DNA of 64,000 nt from contig JAZKBV010000003.1 in the NCBI GenBank assembly GCA_040388415.1, positions 47,571 to 111,570 on the forward strand, given 5' to 3'. The translations under genes and the position numbers were made by a program. Below the pieces are notes generated by a model. It did no database searches and was not told the DNA's origin. It was given only the letters and a program-made list of their open reading frames with translations. This document shows positions 1 to 9,236 of this stretch, one piece after another. The stretch is from Patescibacteria group bacterium (GTDB taxonomy: Bacteria; Patescibacteriota; Minisyncoccia; Phycocordibacterales; PALSA-1337). Position 1 is the stretch's first letter; each line of letters opens with the position of its first letter.

Positions 1-1
1 C

Positions 2-1717
2 TGGTGGTATGAGAAGGGGGGAAAGCAGGAATTGGTCAAGAACAAAGATCTCTCTGAGCGCGAATGGGAAAGTGAAGATCTCATCAAAGAAAAGCTGCGC
101 ACGCAGGGCGACCAAGGGCATGAAAGCTTCCGCCTCCGCCTCATTCATGGCATCATCAACTTTCATCGTTTCTTACCGCTCTATGAACGATCAGTCAGAC
201 ACTATATCTTGGATAAGAAGCGCCGTCGTTTTATACTGATCAGCGTTGTCGTGCTCTTTGTCGCTTCAGTCGCGCTCATACCACTTGGCTTTGTTAAGAG
301 TGTTTTCTTTCCGATCCAAGATAGCGATTATGTGTATATAGATATACGTACGCCCGTTGGAACTAACCTGACTGAGACGAGCGCTCGCGTCGAAAGCATC
401 GAGCAGAGGTTGCTCGGCTACAAAGATATCTCCAACTTTTCAACAGTCATTGGACATGCGAGTCCCAACTCTGGTTCATTTGGCGCTGGCGCAGGCACGG
501 GATCGAACCTTGCCTCGATATCGATCATATTGAAAGATGCGGGCGTGCGCAGTATGAAATCATATGATTTTGCTGACAAACTGCGCGTTGATCTGGCTTC
601 GACCACTGGTATGGAAGCGAATGTCTCGACTTTGGCCGGTGGCCCACCGGCAGGAGCTGCTTTTGAAGCCCATATCGCTGGCGATGATCTCGATACACTT
701 TCGAAGATCGTGACCGATCTCAAGCCGATACTTTCATCTATTCCTGGCGTAATCAATGTGAGTGCTTCACAAAAAGAATCAGTGCCAGAGTATACCTTTG
801 AGCTTGATCCTGCAGCGATGGAACAAAATAGTCTCAATGCTGCGGTAGTCGGTTCAGTTTTGCGTACGGCAGTTTCCGGCATCGAACTGACCAAGATCAT
901 TCGAGGGGACAAAGAGATCCAGCTCGTCGCCACGTTCGATCAAAACGCTATCCCTGATCTTTCATCGATCCAAAATCTGCAGGTACTCAATACGCGTGGA
1001 CAGCCAGTATTCCTCAAAGACGTTTCGACTATTAGGCTCAAGCCTGCCGTAGACGTCATCACACGTATCGATCAAAAGCGCACCATCATCCTGTCGGCTG
1101 GCACTGATTCATCTACCAATGGTCAGGCAGTTCTCGCTGCCTTTGAAAAGAAGTTTGCTGAGTACACGATGCCCGCAGGATATTCGATCACCTATGGAGG
1201 AGAAAATGAACAGAATGCCGAGTCGGTCACTTCAGTTCTCCGTGCCATGATTATCGCTCTCATATTGATCGTCGCGACGCTCATCATACAGTTCAATTCA
1301 TTCCGCAAAGCTTTGATCGTGCTCGTGCCGATTCCGCTGGCTTTGATCGGCGTATTTCTGGGCATGGCGCTCTTTGATGTTCCTCTTTCATTCCCTGGTC
1401 TCATCGGTATTTTGGCTCTGTTCGGCATCGTCGTCAAAAACGCCATCATCCTCGTGGACAAGATCAATTTGAATATAAAAAGCGGCATCAAGTTCGAAGA
1501 TGCAATCGTTGATGCAGGCAGGTCTCGTCTCGAGGCTATCTTCATAACATCGATCTGTACGATCATCGGTATTTTGCCCGTCACTCTGTCCAATGAGCTT
1601 TGGCGTTCGCTTGGCGGAGCAGTGATCTTCGGTCTCACGCTGTCATCTTTCCTGACTCTCTATATCGTGCCGGCTTTCTTCCTCTTGCTGGTGAAAGATA
1701 AGAAACAGCACTTCTAA
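2..1717 (+). CDS. RND (AcrB/HAE1-family) efflux transporter, C-terminal half; 5' end lies outside window
   Basis: Frame open from window start; porter-domain-like soluble segment followed by ~6 TM helices (ALIVLVPIPLALIGVFLGMALF.., VIFGLTLSSFLTLYIVPAFFLLL) typical of second half of RND pumps. Confidence 0.65.
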   Translation, partial: WWYEKGGKQELVKNKDLSEREWESEDLIKEKLRTQGDQGHESFRLRLIHGIINFHRFLPLYERSVRHYILDKKRRRFILISVVVLFVASVALIPLGFVKSVFFPIQDSDYVYIDIRTPVGTNLTETSARVESIEQRLLGYKDISNFSTVIGHASPNSGSFGAGAGTGSNLASISIILKDAGVRSMKSYDFADKLRVDLASTTGMEANVSTLAGGPPAGAAFEAHIAGDDLDTLSKIVTDLKPILSSIPGVINVSASQKESVPEYTFELDPAAMEQNSLNAAVVGSVLRTAVSGIELTKIIRGDKEIQLVATFDQNAIPDLSSIQNLQVLNTRGQPVFLKDVSTIRLKPAVDVITRIDQKRTIILSAGTDSSTNGQAVLAAFEKKFAEYTMPAGYSITYGGENEQNAESVTSVLRAMIIALILIVATLIIQFNSFRKALIVLVPIPLALIGVFLGMALFDVPLSFPGLIGILALFGIVVKNAIILVDKINLNIKSGIKFEDAIVDAGRSRLEAIFITSICTIIGILPVTLSNELWRSLGGAVIFGLTLSSFLTLYIVPAFFLLLVKDKKQHF

Positions 1718-1736
1718 ACTTTTTGTCTGCGTACCG

Positions 1737-2258
1737 CTACTCCCACTTCGGTTTGATGCCTGTTTTCTTCATATATCTATATTCATGCCAGGTGAGCCAA
1801 ATGACAGTGATGTCCAGTATGGTAAATACGATGAGCCAGATCGATCCGCGATGAAAGTATTCGTACATCTGATATACGCCAAAGAGGGAAAAGACGGCGA
1901 TAGCGAGCGGATATGACCAGAGTCGTTCTCTAAAGAGATTGTAAACAAGGAAGCCTTTGATGATGCCATGGCTCAAGAGATATAGCGCGAAGAAGTGCTG
2001 TGAAGAGATAGAATATGACTGAGCAAAATGAACGAGGTAGTTGGCAAAAGCGTCCGTAGGGTCATCTGATAATTCATCTTGGGTGATCGACAAAACGATT
2101 CGAATGATAAAATCTTGGCTGATAAAAAGCACCACAAAACCGCCAATAATTTCAATTATGGCATGTGATCCTTTGAGTATCAGACCGATATCAAAAAGGC
2201 GGTGTATGTATTTTTCTTTTCGTTGAGGGTCCATAGATAACTCTATACTAACATGCAA
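1737..2258 (-). CDS. DUF2127-like small membrane protein
   Basis: 173 aa, 4 predicted TM helices, N-terminal HRLFDIGLILKG motif resembling DUF2127 family. Confidence 0.45.
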   Translation of the reverse strand: MHVSIELSMDPQRKEKYIHRLFDIGLILKGSHAIIEIIGGFVVLFISQDFIIRIVLSITQDELSDDPTDAFANYLVHFAQSYSISSQHFFALYLLSHGIIKGFLVYNLFRERLWSYPLAIAVFSLFGVYQMYEYFHRGSIWLIVFTILDITVIWLTWHEYRYMKKTGIKPKWE

Positions 2259-2310
2259 CTCGACTAACTTTTTTGTGCGCGCAAGGTTGCCTTACGCTGT
2301 GATTATTTTG

Positions 2311-2383
2311 TGCGCGCACTAGGATTCGAACCTAGGACCCCACCAGTATCAGTGGTGTGCTCTACCAACTGAGCTATGCGCGC
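2311..2383 (-). tRNA. tRNA-Ile (anticodon GAT)
   Basis: Reverse complement folds as cloverleaf: acceptor GCGCGCA/TGCGCGC, D-arm GCTCAGTTGGTAGAGC, anticodon stem CACCA/TGGTG with loop CTGATAC (GAT), T-arm CTAGGTTCGAATCCTAG, discriminator A; CCA not encoded. Confidence 0.85.
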
Positions 2384-2414
2384 GAATTTTGCACTTCAAA
2401 ATTCGGATCGAAAG

Positions 2415-2443
2415 ACTTTTTTTGGGCAAAGCCCGAAAAAAGT
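2415..2443. terminator. Symmetric hairpin flanked by T-run and A-run (bidirectional terminator-like)
   Basis: ctttttttgggc-aaa-gcccgaaaaaag, 12-bp stem with one G.U. Confidence 0.35.
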
Positions 2444-2546
2444 TTTCGACCAGAAGCTCTTTGCACTTAGTGAGATGAAGTACGGCTCAAAGATTGGATC
2501 GAGCTGATACCTCAAATCAGTGGGTATACACTATCAAAATTACCCG

Positions 2547-2574
2547 TTAAATGCAAAGACTCTCGTGGTATAAT
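2547..2574 (+). promoter_or_regulatory. sigma70-like promoter with extended -10 (TGGTATAAT) for downstream membrane protein gene
   Basis: TTAAAT -35-like, 16-nt spacer, TGgTATAAT, 9 nt before ATG region. Confidence 0.4.
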
Positions 2575-2582
2575 CAACCATT

Positions 2583-3572
2583 ATGAATACCAAAACAACC
2601 CCGAAGGATTTTTTCCTTCACCTTGGTGCGACCGTGGCGCTCTATATAGCTACAGGCGCTCTTATCAATCTTTCGTTCAGTGTCATCAACTATTATTTTC
2701 CTGATGCGCTGGCAGGGTACTTCTATGGCAATGCTGTTGCATGGCCAATATCTATCTTGGTCGTGCTCGTTCCTATATTGTATGTGCTCGAGTGGCTCAT
2801 CAATGGGGATATAAAGAAGATGCCTGAAAAGGCTGATCTCATGATTCGCAAATGGAGGATTTATCTCACCTTATTCTTGACCATAGTTCTTATGGGTGGA
2901 GACTTGATTGCTCTCATCAATACATACCTCAACGGAGAGATCACTTCGCGCCTCGTACTCAAAGTTATTCTTGTCCTCTTGGTTGCGGGTTCAGTAGGCA
3001 AGTATTATTACTTTAGTTTGAATACAACTCATCGTTGGTCAAAGCTCGCACGTCAGGTCAATGCATGGTTCGGCCTCGCATTGGTTATCATTGCTATTGT
3101 CGTCGGCTTCATCGCAGTTGGTTCACCTGCAAAACAACGTGCTCTACGCTTTGACGCACAACGCATCAATGATCTGAGCACGGTTCAGTGGAAAGTCGTC
3201 GGTTATTGGCAGCAAAAAGGGAAGCTTCCAACTGCACTCACTGATCTCAATGATACGATCGGAGGATTTACCATGCCTACCGACCCAGAGACAAAGGCTG
3301 TTTATGAGTATTCGATCAGGCCAGCAACAAGCACAAAATCTCTACCAACATTCGCTCTCTGTGCGACATTCGGTGAAAAATCACAAGACCTCGCTGGTAG
3401 AGGTGCTTATGGCGGTGGAAATGTTGGGTATCCAATCGCTTATGATGTTTCGGTATCGTATCCAGGACCAGGAGGAGGCATTTCAGATGTATGGAGCCAT
3501 GAAAAAGGTCGTACTTGTTTTGATCGTACGATCGATCCAGATGTATACCAAGTTATAAAGCCAGTCAAATAA
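2583..3572 (+). CDS. Hypothetical polytopic membrane protein with C-terminal type IV pilin-like soluble domain
   Basis: 329 aa; ~6 N-terminal TM helices; C-terminal segment FDAQRINDLSTVQWKVVGYWQQKGKLPTALTDL resembles the conserved region following the hydrophobic helix of pilins/pseudopilins. Confidence 0.4.
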   Translation: MNTKTTPKDFFLHLGATVALYIATGALINLSFSVINYYFPDALAGYFYGNAVAWPISILVVLVPILYVLEWLINGDIKKMPEKADLMIRKWRIYLTLFLTIVLMGGDLIALINTYLNGEITSRLVLKVILVLLVAGSVGKYYYFSLNTTHRWSKLARQVNAWFGLALVIIAIVVGFIAVGSPAKQRALRFDAQRINDLSTVQWKVVGYWQQKGKLPTALTDLNDTIGGFTMPTDPETKAVYEYSIRPATSTKSLPTFALCATFGEKSQDLAGRGAYGGGNVGYPIAYDVSVSYPGPGGGISDVWSHEKGRTCFDRTIDPDVYQVIKPVK

Positions 3573-3697
3573 TAATCTCAGCAAAATAGTATTTGTGAAG
3601 ATGGCTTTGACTTTCAGAGCCATTTTCCGTATGATAGAACCTCATTTAATTTATAAATAACCGCGCCTCAAAGCGCTTAATTAACCCCTTTTATCCT

Positions 3698-5125
3698 ATG
3701 AACCTCGGAAAGAAAACAAAGATCGTATGTACTATCGGCCCTGCTACAGAGACAGTCGAAAAGCTCGAAGCACTCGTCACTGCCGGCATGAACGTTATGC
3801 GCCTCAACTTCTCGCACGGAGATTTTGCTGAGCACCAAGGCCGCGTCGACAACCTTCGCACCGTCATGAAGAAGCTCGACAAGCCTGTCGCTATCCTCCA
3901 AGACCTCGGTGGCCCAAAGATCCGTATCGGCATGTTCAGCGATGAAAAGGGTATTGTGCTCAAGGCTGGCCAGACATTTACTCTCACCACAAACGAATCA
4001 GAAAAGCTCACCGGTGATGAACATCGCGTCTATATCAACTACCCAAAGCTTCCAAGTGAAGTGAAGGTTGGTGGTACGATCATGGTCCATGACGGCAAGA
4101 AACGTCTCCAGATCACCAAGATCAAAGGCAATGACATCATCTGTAAAGTCATCGTCGGTGGTCCTCTCGGCAACAAGAAGGGTGTCAACCTCCCAGACGC
4201 TGAGCTCACTATCCACGCTCTCACTGCAAAGGATCGCAAGGACCTTGAGTTCGGTCTCAAGAACAAGGTTGATTTCTTCGCACTTTCATTTGTCCGCCGT
4301 CCAGAAGATATCCATGAGCTCCGCGCTATCTTGAAGAAGGCAAAGTCAGACGCACGCATCATTGCAAAGATCGAGACTCCTCAGGCTCTCGATTGTCTCG
4401 ACGCTATCGTTGAAGCGGCTGACGGTATCATGGTTGCTCGTGGTGACCTCGCTATCGAGATCCCTGCAGAAGAAGTTCCTATCGCTCAAAAGCGCATGAT
4501 CGATGCCTGTATCGAAGCTGGCAAGCCAGTCATCGTTGCTACACAAATGCTCGAGTCTATGATCAAGAGTCCGATCCCAACACGCGCTGAAGTTTCAGAT
4601 GTCGCCAACGCTATCAAGGATGGCACAGATGCTATCATGCTTTCAGAGGAAACAACTCTCGGTGAGTACCCAGTTGAGGCAGTCCAGATGATGACCAAGA
4701 TCGCTCTCCGCGTCGAGCAAGATGCATGTTCATGTGAATCAATGGTTGATCATGTCGAAGCACACGGTGATACTGATGTCATCTCACAGGCTGCTGTTCG
4801 CATCGCCCATGACAGCAACGCATCATTCATCGTCGCTATGACTCGTTCAGGACGCACTGCGCGCATGATTGCTCGTTACCGCCCTGCAGAGCACACCCTC
4901 GTTATGTCAGATTCTCCAAAGCATTTGAACAAGCTCGCGCTATCATTCGGCTGTCAGCCAATCGAGACTGCTACATTCAAGACAGTAGAGGAGGCTATGG
5001 TCGTCGTTCGTGAAGTGGCTTTCAAGAACAAGCTCGCAAAGAAGGGGGAGAAAGTGGTCATCGTCTGGGGCTTCCCATTCGGCGGATCAAAGGATACCAA
5101 CCTTATCTTGGTTGAGACGCTTTAG
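3698..5125 (+). CDS. pyk: Pyruvate kinase
   Basis: KIVCTIGPAT, MNVMRLNFSHG, GDLAIEIP, MLESM motifs; 475 aa with C-terminal regulatory domain. Confidence 0.95.
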   Translation: MNLGKKTKIVCTIGPATETVEKLEALVTAGMNVMRLNFSHGDFAEHQGRVDNLRTVMKKLDKPVAILQDLGGPKIRIGMFSDEKGIVLKAGQTFTLTTNESEKLTGDEHRVYINYPKLPSEVKVGGTIMVHDGKKRLQITKIKGNDIICKVIVGGPLGNKKGVNLPDAELTIHALTAKDRKDLEFGLKNKVDFFALSFVRRPEDIHELRAILKKAKSDARIIAKIETPQALDCLDAIVEAADGIMVARGDLAIEIPAEEVPIAQKRMIDACIEAGKPVIVATQMLESMIKSPIPTRAEVSDVANAIKDGTDAIMLSEETTLGEYPVEAVQMMTKIALRVEQDACSCESMVDHVEAHGDTDVISQAAVRIAHDSNASFIVAMTRSGRTARMIARYRPAEHTLVMSDSPKHLNKLALSFGCQPIETATFKTVEEAMVVVREVAFKNKLAKKGEKVVIVWGFPFGGSKDTNLILVETL

Positions 5126-5137
5126 TACAGGAAGATA

Positions 5138-5164
5138 GGAGTAAGGAGAAGGGAGTAAGGAGAA
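5138..5164. repeat. Tandem 13-nt direct repeat ggagtaaggagaa x2 (two Shine-Dalgarno-like TAAGGAG motifs) in pyk 3' region
   Basis: Exact repeat separated by 1 nt; followed at ~5186-5212 by GC hairpin plus T-run (terminator-like). Confidence 0.5.
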
Positions 5165-5248
5165 TCGCAAAAACAGAAGGCGCCGGCGAAAGTCGGTGCT
5201 TTTTATTCACAATTGCCAAAACAAAATATTTGGTGCTAAAATATCCCC

Positions 5249-5989
5249 ATGCAGAACAGCCAATACATCATCCGCGACATACCGCTGGTTCTCGACCGGT
5301 CTCCTTTCGATGACGAGTATCCGCTCCTCATCAGGGATCTGCCTCCGGAAGGGAAACCGCGCGAAAAGCTCATGGCACATGGCCCGGAGGCTTTGACGGT
5401 GTCTGAGTTGGCCGCTCTGCTCATCGTGACCGGCACGACCAAAGAAGACGTGCTGGGCATGACCAACCGCATCATCAGAGATTATGGAGAGCGCAATATC
5501 TTTGCTGAGCACGATCCCACTAAGCTTTCGAAGGATCTCGATATACCGATCGTCAAAGCGTGCACCATCGTGGCTGCGGGAGAGCTCGGTCGTCGATTCT
5601 ACGCTCGGAACCAGAGCGGCTTCACGACGATCAGAAATGCTCACGACGTCTTCGACTACCTCGGAGAACTCCGCTCATTGCCGAAAGAACAGATGCGCGG
5701 TCTGTATCTCAATAGTCACAGTCGCATCATTCGCGACGAAGTCATATCTGTCGGTACGGTCGGGTCCAACTTCGCTCATCCACGCGAAGTGTTCCGTCCT
5801 GCTCTAGAATCGTCCGCTGTCGCCGTCATCCTCGCACACAACCATCCATCGGGAGAAGCTACGCCGAGCCCTGAAGACATCGAGATCACCAAACGACTCA
5901 TCCAGGCAGGCAAGCTCATGGGTATACGCCTCATTGATCACGTCATCATCACCAAAGACGGCTTTACGAGCGTCAAAGCCGATTACTAA
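5249..5989 (+). CDS. radC: RadC-family JAMM/MPN+ domain protein (UPF0758)
   Basis: ILAHNHPSGEATPSPEDIEITKRL JAMM motif, N-terminal HhH-like region. Confidence 0.85.
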   Translation: MQNSQYIIRDIPLVLDRSPFDDEYPLLIRDLPPEGKPREKLMAHGPEALTVSELAALLIVTGTTKEDVLGMTNRIIRDYGERNIFAEHDPTKLSKDLDIPIVKACTIVAAGELGRRFYARNQSGFTTIRNAHDVFDYLGELRSLPKEQMRGLYLNSHSRIIRDEVISVGTVGSNFAHPREVFRPALESSAVAVILAHNHPSGEATPSPEDIEITKRLIQAGKLMGIRLIDHVIITKDGFTSVKADY

Positions 5990-5993
5990 CAAC

Positions 5994-6308
5994 ATGTATA
6001 GAGATTACACCCTTACCTCACCATCGCTTGATGGTATTTTGCGTCACGACAGTATCACGTATGAAGGCCTCGAGCGCCCAGTAGATATTTTACGAGCTTT
6101 TGACAGGCCGAGCGACCAGATTCGCGATTTAGACAGGCCTGAGAACAGAAAAATACTCAATGATTACTATAATGACCTCTACGGACTCTTTATGAGGAAA
6201 ATGGGGCAGTTTATCGCTGAAAAGGCGGTTTCCCCTGAAGAAGAGCTCAAATTACAGGCTATTTTGCAGGAACTCATCAAAGTCAAAAAAGCATTGACTT
6301 TAGAGTAG
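5994..6308 (+). CDS. Hypothetical small protein (104 aa)
   Basis: ORF immediately after radC stop; ATG at 5994 chosen because upstream part of track ORF overlaps radC. Confidence 0.4.
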   Translation: MYRDYTLTSPSLDGILRHDSITYEGLERPVDILRAFDRPSDQIRDLDRPENRKILNDYYNDLYGLFMRKMGQFIAEKAVSPEEELKLQAILQELIKVKKALTLE

Positions 6309-6312
6309 TTTA

Positions 6313-6323
6313 TGTGGTATAAT
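6313..6323 (+). promoter_or_regulatory. Extended -10 promoter element TGtGGTATAAT
   Basis: Located ~70 nt upstream of 6391 start. Confidence 0.4.
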
Positions 6324-6390
6324 ACCACCAGCTGAAAGTTCTTTTAAAACGTGAGAACGGACGGCTAGAAAACATCAATCCGGAGCATAC

Positions 6391-7785
6391 ATGCTCCATA
6401 CTGAAAGGCTCGTTGTGAATAAAAAACTAGAAGAAGCAGTCAAGTTCCTTGCGCAATTCAACCAAGTGGTAATGCATAAATCCCCGCACTTGGATGAAAT
6501 CGTGGCATATTATCTCCTCAAGGTATACGGCATGCTCAAGGCGAGTGTTCGCTTTGTTGATGCTGACATTACCGGGACAGAAGCTGATCATGATCGTAAT
6601 TGTGTCCTACCAATCGGTTGTGGTGACAATTGTCGCTTCAATGAGCATCGCAAAGGTATCGAGCGACTCAAGGGTGAATGCGCAACGACTCTCGCTGCAA
6701 AATTCCTTGGGATTAACGAACTACCGGAAGTAAAACGCCTCATCGCTGAAGTCCTTAAGTGCGACACCGAAGCAGGTTGCATGCCGACGCAGTTGGCTGA
6801 GTTGGTCAAGGTTGCCAATCGTTCTATGCCGGGAAATTATCTTGGCGTTCTGACATGGGTGACGACTGCTCTCAAGGCAATCATTCACAATGAGCAATAT
6901 CACTTCACGGCTCTTCCCGGCGAGAAATCTCTGGTGGATCTTTTGAAGGCGATGGATGCTGAAGGTAAATACTTCAGCGAGGATTCACGGATCCGTGAGC
7001 ACCTCTTCCGGATATCGCATGACAGTTTGCGCCGTTCGGACAAATGCATAACGGAACTCGCGTCAATATTGCAGGCCATGCATCGTTTGCCCTACAAGGC
7101 AGAGGATATCAGCACTTGGCTCGAGACTCCGCTCTTGCAGATTACTTCAGACCAGCTCCAGTTTTGGCAGCTGGTTGACCTGTATAAAAAGCAGGAAATC
7201 ATTCCGGTGCGCGCGATGGATAACCGTGGCGAATACGAGCTCAAGCTCATGGTCATCGAAAGCGATGATCTGCAAGCGCCTCGTGCAGCTCGGTTTACTG
7301 GTGCAGATATCGTTCTTTGCCGCACTTCGAAGGGTAACGTGATGATCTCTGTTGACACGCGAATCCCCGACCTCAATCTCTCCAACGTGGTCCGCATGAT
7401 ACGTTGGATGGATTTACCTAAGAAGATCACGAATGAGCCGAGTTGGCTTGACTTAGGTGTTCCTGGTGCGCACGACTTGCATTGTTTGGCGCATTGGTAT
7501 TACTTCAAGAAGGGAGAGCAGATCTTCAACGGAAGCCAGACACATTCTGCTCCGCCGACCAAGATACCTACGGAGGCGCTGGTGGAGGCCATCAAGTATG
7601 GTTTGCATCCGCACTATGTCAAAATGTGGTGCAATGATCGGCGCATCGTCATGAACCCGAAACGCTTGGCTGAGGCGATGCAACACAGAAAGCAATCATC
7701 GGAGAAGCCGGCCGGCGACATGGGATTGAAGATTGATCTTCAGCCGAAAAATCGGGCGGCGACTAATGTCGTTGCTGTAGCGTAA
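6391..7785 (+). CDS. Hypothetical protein; N-terminal HxxxHxDE motif reminiscent of MYG1/UPF0160 metal-dependent hydrolases
   Basis: 464 aa; MHKSPHLDEIVAYYLL near N-terminus; no other recognisable motif. Confidence 0.3.
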   Translation: MLHTERLVVNKKLEEAVKFLAQFNQVVMHKSPHLDEIVAYYLLKVYGMLKASVRFVDADITGTEADHDRNCVLPIGCGDNCRFNEHRKGIERLKGECATTLAAKFLGINELPEVKRLIAEVLKCDTEAGCMPTQLAELVKVANRSMPGNYLGVLTWVTTALKAIIHNEQYHFTALPGEKSLVDLLKAMDAEGKYFSEDSRIREHLFRISHDSLRRSDKCITELASILQAMHRLPYKAEDISTWLETPLLQITSDQLQFWQLVDLYKKQEIIPVRAMDNRGEYELKLMVIESDDLQAPRAARFTGADIVLCRTSKGNVMISVDTRIPDLNLSNVVRMIRWMDLPKKITNEPSWLDLGVPGAHDLHCLAHWYYFKKGEQIFNGSQTHSAPPTKIPTEALVEAIKYGLHPHYVKMWCNDRRIVMNPKRLAEAMQHRKQSSEKPAGDMGLKIDLQPKNRAATNVVAVA

Positions 7786-7870
7786 GTTCGTTCCACGTCT
7801 CTCTCACGAGGGCCCTCATTTAATTGGGGGCTCTTTTTTTATTCAAAAATCATAGACTATTTGGTGGATT

Positions 7871-9220
7871 ATGCTCTATACTATCTCTATGAATACCCGA
7901 ACCTATTTCCAAGGAAAGCGCATCGCAGTCATAGGTCTGGGTCCGCACGGGGAAATGGTTGATGATGTGAAATTTCTCATAAAAGCAGATGCACTCGTCT
8001 CAGTGTATGATCTCCGTAGCGAAGCACGTCTCAAAAACCATATCATATTTCTTCGCTCAGTCGGCCTGGCGAACTATGTATGCAGCTCTATTCCGCCCGA
8101 TGATTTGCTCGATATGGATCTCATCATCTTGTCGCACGAGTATCCTCGCGATTCGTCCTTTCTCAAAGGCGCTCGTGAAAAGGGTATACAGATCGAATAC
8201 CCCGAAACTCTCTTTTTTCGTCTTGCGCCACCAGTGACAGTTGTCGGCGTCATGGGCGCATATGGCAAAGCCACGGTCGTCTCAGTGCTTGCGCCACTGT
8301 TGGAGATGGCCTGCGAAGCTGATGGCACTCAGGATATGTTCACGCTCGACCCGGAGTCCGGAGACGGTATCCTTATCGCATTGAAAAAGATAAAGAGCGG
8401 AGACATAGCACTCATACGCGTGATCGAATCTATGATGCCGGAACTTTATGAGATGCGCGTCAGCCCGCATGTCGCTATCTTTACGAGCGTTCCGCCGAAG
8501 GGCTCCTACACGACCTCGCCATTTGAGATACTAACCTATCAGACATATAACAATTTTATCATTGCGAGTGATGAGGTCATCGATGCTATCCATCGTTTCA
8601 AATTTCAGCCGAAGGCAAAGATGTTGCGTACGAAATCATCTATCATTCCGGCTTCGTGGTCGCTAGGCATTGAGAATGTAGGTCTTTGGAATCATGATCG
8701 CGATAATGCGGCGCTCGCTCTTCAGGCTGCGCAATTATTCAAGGTTCCTGATGAGGTTTCAGAGTCGCTTATGGAAAAATGGAAGCCGCTCAAAGGCAGG
8801 CTTGAATTCGTCAAAAAGGTAAAGAATATCGAATTTTATAATGATACTGCATCCGTTTCGCCCGGCTCTACGATCGTCGGCGTCCGTTGTTTGAATAAAG
8901 ATCGCAATCTCATTCTCATACTCGGTGGCGTTGATGCTGGCCAGGATTATAGAGAGTTGTATGCCGTATTACCGGTATGTGCTCATACAGTTATTTTGTT
9001 GCCTGGCAGCGGCACAATGAAAGAGCGTAAAACGTTGAATACGATTGATAATGTTACTGTTCTTTCAGCGCCAGATATCCAAGAAGCTGTCAGGCTTGCT
9101 CGTGACAATGCACGCCAAGGCGATCGAGTACTTTTCAGTCCAGGTTTTGCGGCTGGTGGACTTGAATCTTCACGCAAAGAGAGAGGAGAAGCGTTCGTGA
9201 GAGCAGTGAGGACGCTCTAA
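7871..9220 (+). CDS. Mur ligase family, MurD-like (UDP-MurNAc-L-Ala:D-Glu ligase-like) with divergent nucleotide-binding loop
   Basis: MurD-like N-terminal Rossmann (KRIAVIGLGPHG), central GAYGKAT in place of canonical G[ST]NGK[ST]T, C-terminal domain FYNDTAS / ILILGG. Confidence 0.55.
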   Translation: MLYTISMNTRTYFQGKRIAVIGLGPHGEMVDDVKFLIKADALVSVYDLRSEARLKNHIIFLRSVGLANYVCSSIPPDDLLDMDLIILSHEYPRDSSFLKGAREKGIQIEYPETLFFRLAPPVTVVGVMGAYGKATVVSVLAPLLEMACEADGTQDMFTLDPESGDGILIALKKIKSGDIALIRVIESMMPELYEMRVSPHVAIFTSVPPKGSYTTSPFEILTYQTYNNFIIASDEVIDAIHRFKFQPKAKMLRTKSSIIPASWSLGIENVGLWNHDRDNAALALQAAQLFKVPDEVSESLMEKWKPLKGRLEFVKKVKNIEFYNDTASVSPGSTIVGVRCLNKDRNLILILGGVDAGQDYRELYAVLPVCAHTVILLPGSGTMKERKTLNTIDNVTVLSAPDIQEAVRLARDNARQGDRVLFSPGFAAGGLESSRKERGEAFVRAVRTL

Positions 9221-9236
9221 GAAAATCGACTTAATT

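Noticed and set aside
418-1638. Minus-strand ORFs (171 aa, 148 aa) inside the RND transporter gene
   Set aside because: They lie antisense to a long, well-supported plus-strand CDS and are low-complexity; typical spurious ORFs.
5934-5993. Upstream extension of the small ORF after radC
   Set aside because: It overlaps the radC 3' end in another frame. The ATG at 5994, immediately after the radC stop, is more plausible.
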